The notes under the pieces: generated by a model
Seen by the model: only the letters and a program-made list of their open reading frames with translations
Told to the model about the DNA's origin: nothing
Database searches by the model: none
Virus record (IMG/VR): IMGVR_UViG_3300043602_000092
Location: 1 to 59,608 of that record
Origin: a virus
Lineage: Duplodnaviria; Caudoviricetes
Strand: one strand, 5' to 3'
Length of the DNA: 59,608 bases
Program-made: the position numbers and the translations under genes
Part shown: positions 17,621-27,477 of the stretch, in pieces
How positions within the stretch are numbered: position 1 is the stretch's first letter
Layout of the letters: each line of letters begins with the position of its first letter

Positions 17621-18194
17621 CCTGACCTTTGCCTGCGTCCACACGGGCGGCCCGTTCAATCCGGTGGTCAAGCTCCGCGATGCGATCTGGCGGCACGGTC
17701 GGCAACCCTATGACCTTGTGTGCCTGTCCGACCAGCCCGAGCGATGCGAGGGGGTCAACTTCATTGACATATCAGGGTCGGGCCTCACCGGCTGGTGGGG
17801 CCGAATGCTGCTGTTCGAACCGCAGTGGCGGGGCCGGTCGAAAATAATTTTTCTGGACCTCAATACGACGGTCGTGGGTGCCTTGCTGCCACTTTGGAAT
17901 GTCCCCGGTGAGTTCGCTATCTACGCGAACGATCCCCGCATGACCGGCCATCCGGGGAAATACAATTCGTCGGTGATGGTGATCGGTGGCGGCATGGCCG
18001 GGTTCGTCTGGTCGAAGTTCGACGCGCATCGCGGGGCATTGATGAAGCGCGACCGTGGCGACCAGGTTATCGAGGAGCTTTATCCGGGTGCCGCACTCTT
18101 GCAGACGCTCGTCCCGAGAGGATTTTTTATCGACTACCGGGACGAGTTCGGCCCCGCATTGTTTGTCGGGGCAGGCGGCCCGCGCAAAGACTGA
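17604..18194 (+). CDS. GT-A fold glycosyltransferase-like protein (GT8-like)
   Basis: GWWGRMLLF, IFLDLN, YNSSVM, GDQ. Confidence 0.65.
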   Translation: MKITYDLTFACVHTGGPFNPVVKLRDAIWRHGRQPYDLVCLSDQPERCEGVNFIDISGSGLTGWWGRMLLFEPQWRGRSKIIFLDLNTTVVGALLPLWNVPGEFAIYANDPRMTGHPGKYNSSVMVIGGGMAGFVWSKFDAHRGALMKRDRGDQVIEELYPGAALLQTLVPRGFFIDYRDEFGPALFVGAGGPRKD

Positions 18195-18306
18195 TAGCAC
18201 CGCAATGATAAGGGCCTGACCGCCCAACCCGGCACCGAACCTTGCGTGCCTATAGGTGCCGTGCGAAAAAAATCCATTGCGACAACCTCACGCGATGGAG
18301 AACGTC

Positions 18307-18669
18307 ATGCCTCAAGGCCCTATCGCTGGCACCGCGCACCTCAAGGTGGACGGCCAGATGTATCCTCTCAAGGGAAGCCTCACGGTTTCCATCACCGCCG
18401 TCGAGCGCAACGGCATCGCCGGTCAGGACTACGTCCACGGCTATCAGGAATTGCCGCGCGTGCCCTACATCGAGGGCGACATCTCGACGCTGCCCGAAGT
18501 CAGCACCGAGTTTCTTGAAAGCATCACCGACGCGACCATCACCGCAGAACTGGTGAACGGGCGCACCTATGTCCTGCGCAATGCGTGGCACAAGGGTCCG
18601 GTGGAAATCAACACCAGCGACGGCCAGTTCCGCGTTCGCTTCGAAGGCGTGGACGGCGACGAAATCTAA
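18307..18669 (+). CDS. Tail tube protein, Mu gpM family
   Basis: IAGTAHLKVDG, VHGYQE.P.VPYIE, VRFEG; GGAG RBS. Confidence 0.9.
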   Translation: MPQGPIAGTAHLKVDGQMYPLKGSLTVSITAVERNGIAGQDYVHGYQELPRVPYIEGDISTLPEVSTEFLESITDATITAELVNGRTYVLRNAWHKGPVEINTSDGQFRVRFEGVDGDEI

Positions 18670-18686
18670 ACAGGAGGCGGACTTCA

Positions 18687-19046
18687 ATGGCGGGTGAAGC
18701 AGCGAAGAAGATTGTCGAGGAAGTGGATGCGGCGGCTCCACCTTCGACAGATGTAGTCATCGACCTGAAAAGGCCGGTGATGGCGAACGGCGAGATGGTG
18801 AAGAAGCTGACCTTTCGGGAACCGACAGGCGGTGACATGCAATTGTTCGGTGACAAGTGGCCGGTCAATATTGATTGGCAGACCGGCGAGGTCACACCGA
18901 ACCCGACAGTGATGGCGGTGGTGATGTCAACGCTCGCGGTGGTTCCTCCCTCGACCATAAAGGCGATGAAAGGAAAGGACTTCTCGACGTGCGCGCACGC
19001 GCTGATGGGTTTTTTCGTACCCGACGCGCAGGCGATGCAATACTAG
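18687..19046 (+). CDS. Tail assembly chaperone (Mu gp41/P2 gpE-like)
   Basis: LTFREPTGGD; ends MGFF on a slippery site. Confidence 0.85.
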   Translation: MAGEAAKKIVEEVDAAAPPSTDVVIDLKRPVMANGEMVKKLTFREPTGGDMQLFGDKWPVNIDWQTGEVTPNPTVMAVVMSTLAVVPPSTIKAMKGKDFSTCAHALMGFFVPDAQAMQY

Positions 19047-19183
19047 ATTGCTATCGTCTTGCGCGGTTCTTCGGGCAACCACCAGCATACTTTCTCGCGA
19101 TGCGTCTTGGCGAAGTCGACACGCATATAGGTTGGGTGGAAAAATTGCTCGCGGTGTCTGCCGCGAAGCGACCCGGCGGATAG
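19007..19183 (+). other. -1 programmed frameshift and gpE'-like extension
   Basis: G-GGT-TTT-TTC at 19007-19016; -1 frame open to 19183 (LARFFGQPPAYFLAMRLGEV). Confidence 0.75.
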
Positions 19184-19190
19184 GACGGCG

Positions 19191-22100
19191 ATGGCGAACG
19201 AGGAAGTCCTACGCCTCAGGGCAACAGTCGTTTCCGAAGAAGCTCTGGCGAACATCCGCGCCATCGGGCGAGAGATCGGCATCGTCCAGCAGAAGGGCGG
19301 TGCCGGTGCCAAGAATGCCAACTCAAGCTGGGGCCAACTCGCCAAGACCATCAAGGCGGTCGGCGGTGAAACTCTTGGTGCCGTCACTGGTCTGAGTGGA
19401 CTTGGCGCGGCAGGCTTGGGCGCCGCGGCTGGCTTCGGCATCGTCGCTGCCGCCGGATACAAACTGGTCAGCGGACTTGGCGACCTCTCCAAAAAAATCA
19501 TCGACCTCAACAATGCCAGCAAAGAACTTGGCATGGGCACGGATGCTCTCAAGGCATTCGCGACCGAGGCGAAGAAAGCAGGCATCGCACCCGAAGCGAT
19601 GATGCAGGGGTTGGCGAGCTTCAAGCGCAACACCGAAGATTTCGGGATGCGGATCGGTGAGTTGCGCGGCCAGATGGTTGCGATGGGTGCGGGGCCGGTG
19701 CTGGCGCGCATCAACTCCGCGACCAAGCAGATCGACAAGCTCAAGGAAGCATACGACTTCAAAGAAGTGCTGATGGAAGCTGATCCGTCAGGAATGAAGG
19801 CACGTCGCTTCTTTGAGATGATGGGCCTGGGTGCCGATGCAACGCGACTGTCTTGGGACGAACTCTCCAAGACAATGAAGGAGAAGGAACTCCTCACCCC
19901 GGAACAGGTGCAGGCGGCGAAAGATTACAACGCATCCCTGATCAAGATGGGCGAGACGTGGGACGCCCTGACGATGAAGCTTGGCGTCAAGCTATTCCCG
20001 ATGGTCGGCAAAGACCTTGCCGACCTCAACGGCATACTTGAGGCGTTGGGCAAGTTCGATGCTTGGGTTGATAGCTGGTTGGGAAAAGGTGTCGCCGCCG
20101 ATCCGGTCGGTGCGGCAGTCGGCAAACTGAACCAGTGGACCGGCCTCGACAAGTGGGACCCGTTCGGTTGGAAGGCCGAGCGCGATCAGAAAGAGAATGG
20201 TCCCGAGGCGTTGCAGAAGGGGTTGCAGGATCGCGCGCGGCAGATGCGCGAGCAGCAACAGACCGCTCCCGGTCGCGCGGCAGGCGGACCAGTATTCCAA
20301 GGCTTGGCCTATACGGTCGGTGAGAACGGCCCCGAGACATTCGTGCCGGGAGCGACAGGGGCCATCGCCCCGCGCGCGGACGGCACGCCGATTGGCAATG
20401 CGTTTGCGGCCAACGCACGGGGCACCAGTGGCGGTGACGATAGCGGGGCATCCCGCATCATTCAGGTCGGCGTGTTCGACGCCTTGGTTCAATTCAAGTC
20501 CTACATCGAGGCAGGCGGGGCACTGGGTGGGGCCGGTGGCGGCGGCGGCATTATGCGGGCCTCGCTGGGCGGCGGCACCAGTGGCGGCTATAGCGGCCCC
20601 GGCGGCGGCACGGGCGGCGGCGGCTATGGCGGTGGCGCGACCGGCGGCGGGGCCGATACCAGTGCCCCGGCGGACACCGGCAACGGCCAAAGTTCCTCGC
20701 GACCGGGGCCGGGAGGGCAGAACGCCAACGTGCCTGACACCAGTGGCGATCCGAACGCGCCACCGGCCTCATTCAACGACCGCTGGAACGCCCTTGGCGG
20801 CGGGGCCGCTGGCGGCCCATCAGGCGCGAACGCACCGAGCGGTGGCGCGTCGAGCGGCGGTCGCGTCACGGCGAAGGATCAGAACAATAAGGTCGCGACG
20901 GTCAAGGCCGCCATCAAGGAGCAGTTGCTCTCGCAAGGCGCGAGCGAGCGGTCGGCAGAGGTCGGCGCGAACGTCCTGACCGGACAGGCGATGGCCGAGA
21001 GCGGCCTCAAGAGCCAGTTCCACGACGCCGGTATCAGAAAGGGCAGGGCGGGAGGTTACGTTCCGTCGATCTATGGTGCCGACAAGGCGCGCGGCCAAGC
21101 GATGACCGCGTGGCTGGCGAAAAACAAACTGCCCGACACGCCAGAGAACCAAGGGCGGTGGATGGCGCATGAGGCGTGGACGAAATATCCGAAGACGCGC
21201 GCGGCCATCGAGACAGGCAATCAGGATCACGCAGCGGACGTTGCGACAAAGAACTTTGAAGGGCCGCAGGATCAGGGCGAGAGGCAACTCCGCACGCGGC
21301 GCAACTTCGCCAATCAGGCAGCAGCCGCACAAACGACGACTGAAAGCGGACCCAACGGTCAGGCGACGGCAACGCCCAACACCAAGGTCGCGAGCGTCAA
21401 TCCGAACGATGGCGTTGGCCTGCAGCCGAACGGCCAGAGCAATCAAGTGGCGACGGGCAATCGCCTGCTGCCGGGACGCGACCTGAGGGGCACCGACCCG
21501 CGCATCAAGGAAATCGTCACGGCGGCAGCGGAGGGATTGCCCGAGGGCTATAAAATCCAACCGACATCCGGCGTGCGCACCGCAGGGCAGGGCCAGCACA
21601 CGCATGGTCGCGCGGTCGATTGGCAGATCATCGGGCCTGACGGAAAGGCGATCAGCAATCGTGGTGACGACAGCACCGGCCTGTACACCAAGCTCGCGCA
21701 GAACGCATACGGCTATCAGGAGAAGTATCACAAAGACCTGACCGGGAAATTCCAGTGGGGCGGGCAGTTCGGCACGTCGAGTAAAAATCCGAATGAACCC
21801 GACCTGATGCACTTCGACACGGGTGGGCGCCGCGGTCGCATCTCGCGCTATAGCCGCGAGCGGATCGGAGCGACCTTGCCGCCGATGCCGGGGCAGCAAC
21901 CCAATGGGCAAAGCACCCGCGTGGCGAGCAACGATCCGAACTTCGTTCCGCAGGCACCTATCCAGCACGCCGACTTGCAGCAAAAGCTGATCGAGGAAGG
22001 CAAGCGCAGGGCGTTGCTTGAGGAGGGCAAGAAGCGAGAGGAGGCCACGCGGCGCATTGATGAAACGGTGGGAGCACAGTCGGTCAACGGCAACGTCAGT

Positions 22101-22256
22101 GTCACGGTCAACTCCAACGGCACCAAGGCCGATGCGAAGGTGGCCGAGAAGGGCGACCTCTATCAGAAAAGTTCGGTGACGCAGCACAAGCAGATGCAGA
22201 AGACCGAGGAGGCCCCGGCATCGTTCAATGATCGGTTCGCAGGAGCAGAGAAATGA
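19191..22256 (+). CDS. Tape measure protein with lysozyme-like and M15-peptidase-like domains
   Basis: Position; helical N-half; RAAGGPV..VGENGPE; AMAESGL; SGVR..QHTHGRAVD..WGG..MHFD. Confidence 0.85.
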   Translation: MANEEVLRLRATVVSEEALANIRAIGREIGIVQQKGGAGAKNANSSWGQLAKTIKAVGGETLGAVTGLSGLGAAGLGAAAGFGIVAAAGYKLVSGLGDLSKKIIDLNNASKELGMGTDALKAFATEAKKAGIAPEAMMQGLASFKRNTEDFGMRIGELRGQMVAMGAGPVLARINSATKQIDKLKEAYDFKEVLMEADPSGMKARRFFEMMGLGADATRLSWDELSKTMKEKELLTPEQVQAAKDYNASLIKMGETWDALTMKLGVKLFPMVGKDLADLNGILEALGKFDAWVDSWLGKGVAADPVGAAVGKLNQWTGLDKWDPFGWKAERDQKENGPEALQKGLQDRARQMREQQQTAPGRAAGGPVFQGLAYTVGENGPETFVPGATGAIAPRADGTPIGNAFAANARGTSGGDDSGASRIIQVGVFDALVQFKSYIEAGGALGGAGGGGGIMRASLGGGTSGGYSGPGGGTGGGGYGGGATGGGADTSAPADTGNGQSSSRPGPGGQNANVPDTSGDPNAPPASFNDRWNALGGGAAGGPSGANAPSGGASSGGRVTAKDQNNKVATVKAAIKEQLLSQGASERSAEVGANVLTGQAMAESGLKSQFHDAGIRKGRAGGYVPSIYGADKARGQAMTAWLAKNKLPDTPENQGRWMAHEAWTKYPKTRAAIETGNQDHAADVATKNFEGPQDQGERQLRTRRNFANQAAAAQTTTESGPNGQATATPNTKVASVNPNDGVGLQPNGQSNQVATGNRLLPGRDLRGTDPRIKEIVTAAAEGLPEGYKIQPTSGVRTAGQGQHTHGRAVDWQIIGPDGKAISNRGDDSTGLYTKLAQNAYGYQEKYHKDLTGKFQWGGQFGTSSKNPNEPDLMHFDTGGRRGRISRYSRERIGATLPPMPGQQPNGQSTRVASNDPNFVPQAPIQHADLQQKLIEEGKRRALLEEGKKREEATRRIDETVGAQSVNGNVSVTVNSNGTKADAKVAEKGDLYQKSSVTQHKQMQKTEEAPASFNDRFAGAEK

Positions 22257-22918
22257 GCATCAAGACGAAGCACCCGACCCCGTGGCGCGACAAGTATCAG
22301 GAAGCGCACTTTCGCGGCGTGATGTTCTTTGTCGAAACCGACGCGCGTCAGGGTGGGCGCCGCGTGGCGATGCACGAATATCCGAAGCGCAACATCCCCT
22401 ATGCCGAGGACATGGGGCGCAAGGCGAAGCGGTTTCTGGTGCAGGGCTATCTGATCGGCAAGAATTATCTGGATCAGAAGGACCGGCTGATCACCGCGCT
22501 GGAAAAAGACGGCCCCGGTCAACTTCGCCTGCCCCTGTCGTCCTTGCAGGGCGACGAGAAGGTGATGGTGATGTCGTACACCGTCACCGAGGCGCGCGAG
22601 AAAGGCGGCTACTGCTCCGTCGAGATGGATTTCATCGAATACGGCGACCCGCAGTATCGGCAGGAAATTTCGACGGCCTCCCAGATCGAGGACAGTGCAT
22701 TCAAACTTGAGGACCAGATGATCGGTCGCCCCGGTGCAGGCATCCTGACCGACAAGGGCATCGAGCGGATGCTGGGCTATGCGATGGTTCACCGCAGTGC
22801 GAACGCGGGCAGTCCGACCACCGCCGCGAGCTATGGGATGTCATGGGGCAACTTCGCTTCGTACACCCGCACCGGCAATGTCGGCATCACGCCACCCGAT
22901 GGAGTTCTGTTCCGATGA
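22253..22918 (+). CDS. Mu gpN-like DNA circularization protein, N-terminal domain
   Basis: AHFRGVMF, GGRRVAMHEYP, EDMGR, GPGQL. Confidence 0.85.
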   Translation: MSIKTKHPTPWRDKYQEAHFRGVMFFVETDARQGGRRVAMHEYPKRNIPYAEDMGRKAKRFLVQGYLIGKNYLDQKDRLITALEKDGPGQLRLPLSSLQGDEKVMVMSYTVTEAREKGGYCSVEMDFIEYGDPQYRQEISTASQIEDSAFKLEDQMIGRPGAGILTDKGIERMLGYAMVHRSANAGSPTTAASYGMSWGNFASYTRTGNVGITPPDGVLFR

Positions 22919-23583
22919 CCGGCGACGAGGCAAACGAGGTCTTGGGAATTGTCCAGCGCATCGGGCCGATGGTGTTGAAGGCTGCGGTCAGGCCAACGGG
23001 CACAATCGGCACCGCGTTGCGCAGGGCGGTCGGCATGATGGTGGCAGACCGCAACATGAGCGATCTGCAAGCGTTCGGCTTCGCGTTCAATGTCTGCATC
23101 GACCTGGCGCGGCATAGTGCGGCAACGCTGGTGACGATGGACCGCGTGCGCAAGTTTGCACTGACGGAGAAGCCGGTCAGTCTGCCCGCGATCCAGACCG
23201 TGCTGACCATCGTTCGCATGACGCTGGCGATGGAGGCGCGCATCATCGCCTATATGTCATTCCGCTCCCGCGAGGAGGTGGATGAAATCGCAACGCAGAT
23301 GAATGCCGCGTTCTCCGAGACATCCGAGATTGCCGCCGATGACCTCGACGCGGGCACCTACATGGCACTGACCCGCCTGCACGGCGATGTCGTGCGGCAC
23401 CTTGCGGAGCGCGGGCGGCAACTTCCCCGCGTCATCTCGTACACCTATCAGGTGGCGATGCCTGCGCTGCGCATGTCGCAGCGGGCCTATGCGGACCCGA
23501 GGCGTTACGTTGAATTGATCAGGGAAAATCACGTCGTGCATCCCGCCTTTATGCCCCGCGAGGGCAAGATGCTGGCGGTGTAG
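22915..23583 (+). CDS. Mu gpN-like protein, C-terminal part
   Basis: PAL..Y.D.RY.EL..EN.VVHPAFMP; own RBS and ATGA overlap. Confidence 0.75.
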   Translation: MTGDEANEVLGIVQRIGPMVLKAAVRPTGTIGTALRRAVGMMVADRNMSDLQAFGFAFNVCIDLARHSAATLVTMDRVRKFALTEKPVSLPAIQTVLTIVRMTLAMEARIIAYMSFRSREEVDEIATQMNAAFSETSEIAADDLDAGTYMALTRLHGDVVRHLAERGRQLPRVISYTYQVAMPALRMSQRAYADPRRYVELIRENHVVHPAFMPREGKMLAV

Positions 23584-23584
23584 C

Positions 23585-24874
23585 ATGGCAACTTTTGACG
23601 AGCGGTTCGGTGGCGATGCTCCGGTGGCAGAGAAGCCGCCCGTTCGCGTCATCATCACCAAGCCAGACGAACCGCAGCCCGAGCAGAAAGACGAGGGGCC
23701 AAAATACGAGCGCGACAAGAACGCCAACAAGGAGATCGCGTATCTTGAGGTCAGGGGACAATACTTCTCCAACTGGACCAGCGTGCGCGTCGAGCAAAAA
23801 TGGACCGAGGCGTTTCCGACTTTTCAGTTTGAATGCACGGAGCAAGTCGATGTTCCTCTCAGCGTTAATGGTGCGCAGTTTGTTCCCGGTGATGTCGTTA
23901 GAGTTTTGCTGGGTGGTGCCCCTGCCGTATTCGGCTACATCACCGAGAGGCATGTCGGATACGACAAGGGTCAGCATGGCGTTCGGCTTATTGGATGTGG
24001 GGATACGTCTGATCTGGTTAACTCCTCCGTCCCGCTCGATAAGCTCGATGGGCACGACAACAAGTCGGTGACGCAACTTGCGAAAGACCTGTCGGCGCAC
24101 CTCAATATTAAAATCCACGAACGCGGCAACGTCGATCAGACCCCGTTCGAGAACATTCAGGTGCAGCCGGGTGAGACACCCATTCAAGCCATCGAACGCT
24201 ACGCCAAGGAGCGCGCGATCCTGATTGGTTCCGAAGCCAACGGCGGCCTGCTCCTGATTGGCGAACATGCGGCGACCACGCGCGGCTGGCTGGTCGAGGG
24301 CATCAATATTCTCAAGGCCAACGCAGTGGCGCGCGACCCGATGGTCTACAAGAAGATTTTCGCCATAGCGCAGAACAAGGGCAGCAATTCGGAGAATGGC
24401 GACAAGGCCAACAAACTGATCGCGGAGGAAAGCGGATCATCGACGCGCAATCGGCACATGGTCGTGGTCGCGGATGTTGCCGACAAGATGCACGGTGTTA
24501 AGCGCCGCGCGGAGATGGAGAAGGTTTTCACCGAGGGGTCGTATATCGAGGCGCAGATCACCGTGCAGGGATGGTTCAAGGACGCCAACGTGTCCGACGA
24601 CATCTGGCGCGCGGGCGAATACTACGCGGTGACTTCGCCGTCCCTGATCCTGCACGACACGGTGATGGGATGCGCGGGATGCACCTACGAGCAGACCAAT
24701 CAGGGCGGCACCACCACGACATTGCAGATGGTGATGCCGATCCACATGAACGGTCGCTTCAATTTCCGGCAGGAGGCCCTCGCCTATCGCGCCAAGATCA
24801 TCAAGGACGCAAAGGATAAGGAAGCGGCGACCAAGAGCGAGCCGTGGACCGGCGGGACCATGAGGACGGATTGA
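23585..24874 (+). CDS. Baseplate hub, Mu gp44/P family
   Basis: WTSVRV, DLVNSS, VQPGET, ITVQGW. Confidence 0.85.
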   Translation: MATFDERFGGDAPVAEKPPVRVIITKPDEPQPEQKDEGPKYERDKNANKEIAYLEVRGQYFSNWTSVRVEQKWTEAFPTFQFECTEQVDVPLSVNGAQFVPGDVVRVLLGGAPAVFGYITERHVGYDKGQHGVRLIGCGDTSDLVNSSVPLDKLDGHDNKSVTQLAKDLSAHLNIKIHERGNVDQTPFENIQVQPGETPIQAIERYAKERAILIGSEANGGLLLIGEHAATTRGWLVEGINILKANAVARDPMVYKKIFAIAQNKGSNSENGDKANKLIAEESGSSTRNRHMVVVADVADKMHGVKRRAEMEKVFTEGSYIEAQITVQGWFKDANVSDDIWRAGEYYAVTSPSLILHDTVMGCAGCTYEQTNQGGTTTTLQMVMPIHMNGRFNFRQEALAYRAKIIKDAKDKEAATKSEPWTGGTMRTD

Positions 24875-24875
24875 G

Positions 24876-25886
24876 ATGAACAGGAACAGTCTGAGTGAGA
24901 TGTCGGGCCGGGTGATGCACCAGATTGTGCGCCTCACCATGAACAAGGCCAACGACAACCCGATGATGCAGGAGCTTTCGTTTGACGGCATGGTCAACGA
25001 AGGCCGCAAGATTGTCGAGCGGATGCAATCGTTCGGCATGTCGGCAATCCCGATGCCGCGCGACGAAGATGATAAGGGCGGCGGCGGTGGTGGAGGTGGC
25101 GGCGGTGGCCTTGGCAACATCAAGGGGCCTGCCGCTGAAGGCATCGCGCTATTGCTTGGCGGCCAGCGCAATCACCCGGTGGTGATCGCCGTCGATGACC
25201 GCAGGCACCGCCCGATGGGCATGAAGCCGGGTGAGAGCTTTCAATACGACCACCAAGGTCAGGGCACGCTCATTCGCAAGGCCGCGACTTTCATCATGTC
25301 GCTCGATGACGAGGGTGAAGGGAAGCAACCTGGCGGCAAGATGCTTCGCGACAAAGATGGCAGGGCGACCGGCAAGAGCGAGAAGCAGGAGCGGTTCGTA
25401 TCGGTCCGCCATATCAAAAAGGAGAAGCAGGACCGCGAGAAGGGCGGCACCCCGGAGAAAAATATCCAGACGTGGATTGATGCGGGCTGGGACTACGAGA
25501 GGGCATCGGCAGACGAGCGCGCCGAGAAGGCGAGCGCGCCCAATCATGAGGACTACAAGCACGAAGGCAAGGACGAGGACGTAAACAACGAGATGCGCGT
25601 TTCCAAAAAGCGCATTGAGTTTCGATCAGGCAACAAGGTTGTCGGATACTACGAGGGCGGCAAGTGGGTTTTCATCGGTGAGGTCAGGCTGGGCAGCGAG
25701 GATGCCGACCACAACGTCTATGGCAACAACGAAGGCAAGGGCATGACCGCGAAGAAAAGCGGTGCGGGTGCCGTGCTGATCAAGGCACCGCTGCCGGGGC
25801 CGCCGACATCGCTCGATATGCAACCGTTCGAAGCGCGCATCGCAGCACTTGAAGCGCGCATAGAGGAACTGGAGGCATCGCGATGA
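24876..25886 (+). CDS. Baseplate spike, Mu gp45 family
   Basis: ERMQSFG, GGQRNHPVVIAVDDRRHRP, KPGE. Confidence 0.85.
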   Translation: MNRNSLSEMSGRVMHQIVRLTMNKANDNPMMQELSFDGMVNEGRKIVERMQSFGMSAIPMPRDEDDKGGGGGGGGGGGLGNIKGPAAEGIALLLGGQRNHPVVIAVDDRRHRPMGMKPGESFQYDHQGQGTLIRKAATFIMSLDDEGEGKQPGGKMLRDKDGRATGKSEKQERFVSVRHIKKEKQDREKGGTPEKNIQTWIDAGWDYERASADERAEKASAPNHEDYKHEGKDEDVNNEMRVSKKRIEFRSGNKVVGYYEGGKWVFIGEVRLGSEDADHNVYGNNEGKGMTAKKSGAGAVLIKAPLPGPPTSLDMQPFEARIAALEARIEELEASR

Positions 25887-26389
25887 GGGGCGACGTCCGA
25901 TTTCATCAGCAGTTGGAGTTCCCCGCCTATGCGGTGCAGCTCGATTGGTTGATGAACGACATGAACCTGATCGAGGACGGCTTCGATCTGCAATCGGCGG
26001 TGATCGTCGCGCTGGGCACCAACGCACTCGCGCCACCCGACGAGGAATTGCCAGACCTCGACGGCACCGACCGCGCGGGATGGTGGGGCGACACCGATGC
26101 GCAGGAGTTGTGGGAAGGGTGGCCGGTCGGTTGCCTGCTCTGGTTGCTGCGTCGCGCCAAGATCACCGGGGCAGGAGCGCGAGGCGGATCGACGCTGACG
26201 CGGGCCGATGGCTGGACGCGCGATGCCATGAGGCCGTTCGTTGAGCAGCGCATTGCATCGCGGATCGACGTGGCGGCAGAGAAGGTTGATACCGACCGCA
26301 TCGACATTGCCGTCACGATCTTTCGCGGTCCTGATCGCGCAATCGAGCTTCGCTATGCGGACCTCTGGGAAGAATTGGGGAGAGGCTGA
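25883..26389 (+). CDS. Baseplate protein, Mu gp46 family
   Basis: GWWGD, GCLLWLLRRAK. Confidence 0.9.
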   Translation: MRGDVRFHQQLEFPAYAVQLDWLMNDMNLIEDGFDLQSAVIVALGTNALAPPDEELPDLDGTDRAGWWGDTDAQELWEGWPVGCLLWLLRRAKITGAGARGGSTLTRADGWTRDAMRPFVEQRIASRIDVAAEKVDTDRIDIAVTIFRGPDRAIELRYADLWEELGRG

Positions 26390-27477
26390 TGCCTTGGGCA
26401 ACACCTACGCTGAAAGAGACGCGGCGCCTGACGCGCGACTATGTGCTGTCGCAGTTGGGTGCAAAGGCGATGATCCCGAACAGCGTGCTGCGCATCATGA
26501 GCGACAGCATGTCGGGCCTTGCCCATCTCACCATGCTCTACATCGACTGGTTGTCGAAGCAGTTGATGCCAGACACCGCCGAAACCGAATGGCTCGACCG
26601 GCACGGCGTGATCTGGCTTGAGAACGCGGACGGCTCCAAGGGCAGGAAGGCGGCGTCCTACGCCAGCGGGACGGTGGAGTTCGCCGGGGTTTCCGGGGTC
26701 ATCGCTCCCATCGGCACGCTACTCCAAGCGGCCAATGGCGTGCAGTATCAGACCGTAACCGAAGCGGTCGTCGGGTCGAGCGGCGTTGGCACCAGCGAGG
26801 CGGTGGCCCTCACCGCAGGACTGATGGGCAATCTTCCTGACGGCACCAGCATTTCATTGGTGCAGCCGGTCGCTGGCATCGAATTGACGACGCTGCTGGG
26901 CGATATGGGCGGCGGCGTCAATCAGGAAACCGACGATCAGTTGCGCGAGCGCATCCTGCAGCGCATCCAGAACCCGCCGATGGGCGGCAGTCAGGCCGAC
27001 TATGTGCGCTGGGCACTGTCGGTGCCGGGTGTCACCCGCGCGTGGGCCGAGCAGGAAATCGGCCCCGGCACGATGACCATCCGCTTCCTGATGGACGACC
27101 TGTATCCCGACAATTACGGACTGCCGACAGAGGACGACATCTCAGAGGTCCGCGACTACCTCGACAAGATGCGTCCGGTCACGGTTTACGATTGCTTCGT
27201 GATGGCACCGATCCTGTTTTTCTACGACATCACCATCCGCCATCTCACCAAGGACGACCCGACCGTTCGCGGACGCATCGAGCAGCAGATCAAGGACTTG
27301 GAGATGCGCCGCTCGAAACCTGGACAGACTTGGTATCGGTCGTGGGTCGATGAGGCGATCAGTCAGGCGGTCGGTGAGGAGACGCACGAACTGGATTATG
27401 AGACGACCATCATGCCTGAACCGGCCTACATGCCGACGCTGGGCACCGTTCTCTACACGGACATTGATCCGAAATGA
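26389..27477 (+). CDS. Baseplate J-like wedge, Mu gp47
   Basis: ETDDQLRERI, PPMGGSQADYVRWA, VPGVTRAW. Confidence 0.92.
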   Translation: MPWATPTLKETRRLTRDYVLSQLGAKAMIPNSVLRIMSDSMSGLAHLTMLYIDWLSKQLMPDTAETEWLDRHGVIWLENADGSKGRKAASYASGTVEFAGVSGVIAPIGTLLQAANGVQYQTVTEAVVGSSGVGTSEAVALTAGLMGNLPDGTSISLVQPVAGIELTTLLGDMGGGVNQETDDQLRERILQRIQNPPMGGSQADYVRWALSVPGVTRAWAEQEIGPGTMTIRFLMDDLYPDNYGLPTEDDISEVRDYLDKMRPVTVYDCFVMAPILFFYDITIRHLTKDDPTVRGRIEQQIKDLEMRRSKPGQTWYRSWVDEAISQAVGEETHELDYETTIMPEPAYMPTLGTVLYTDIDPK

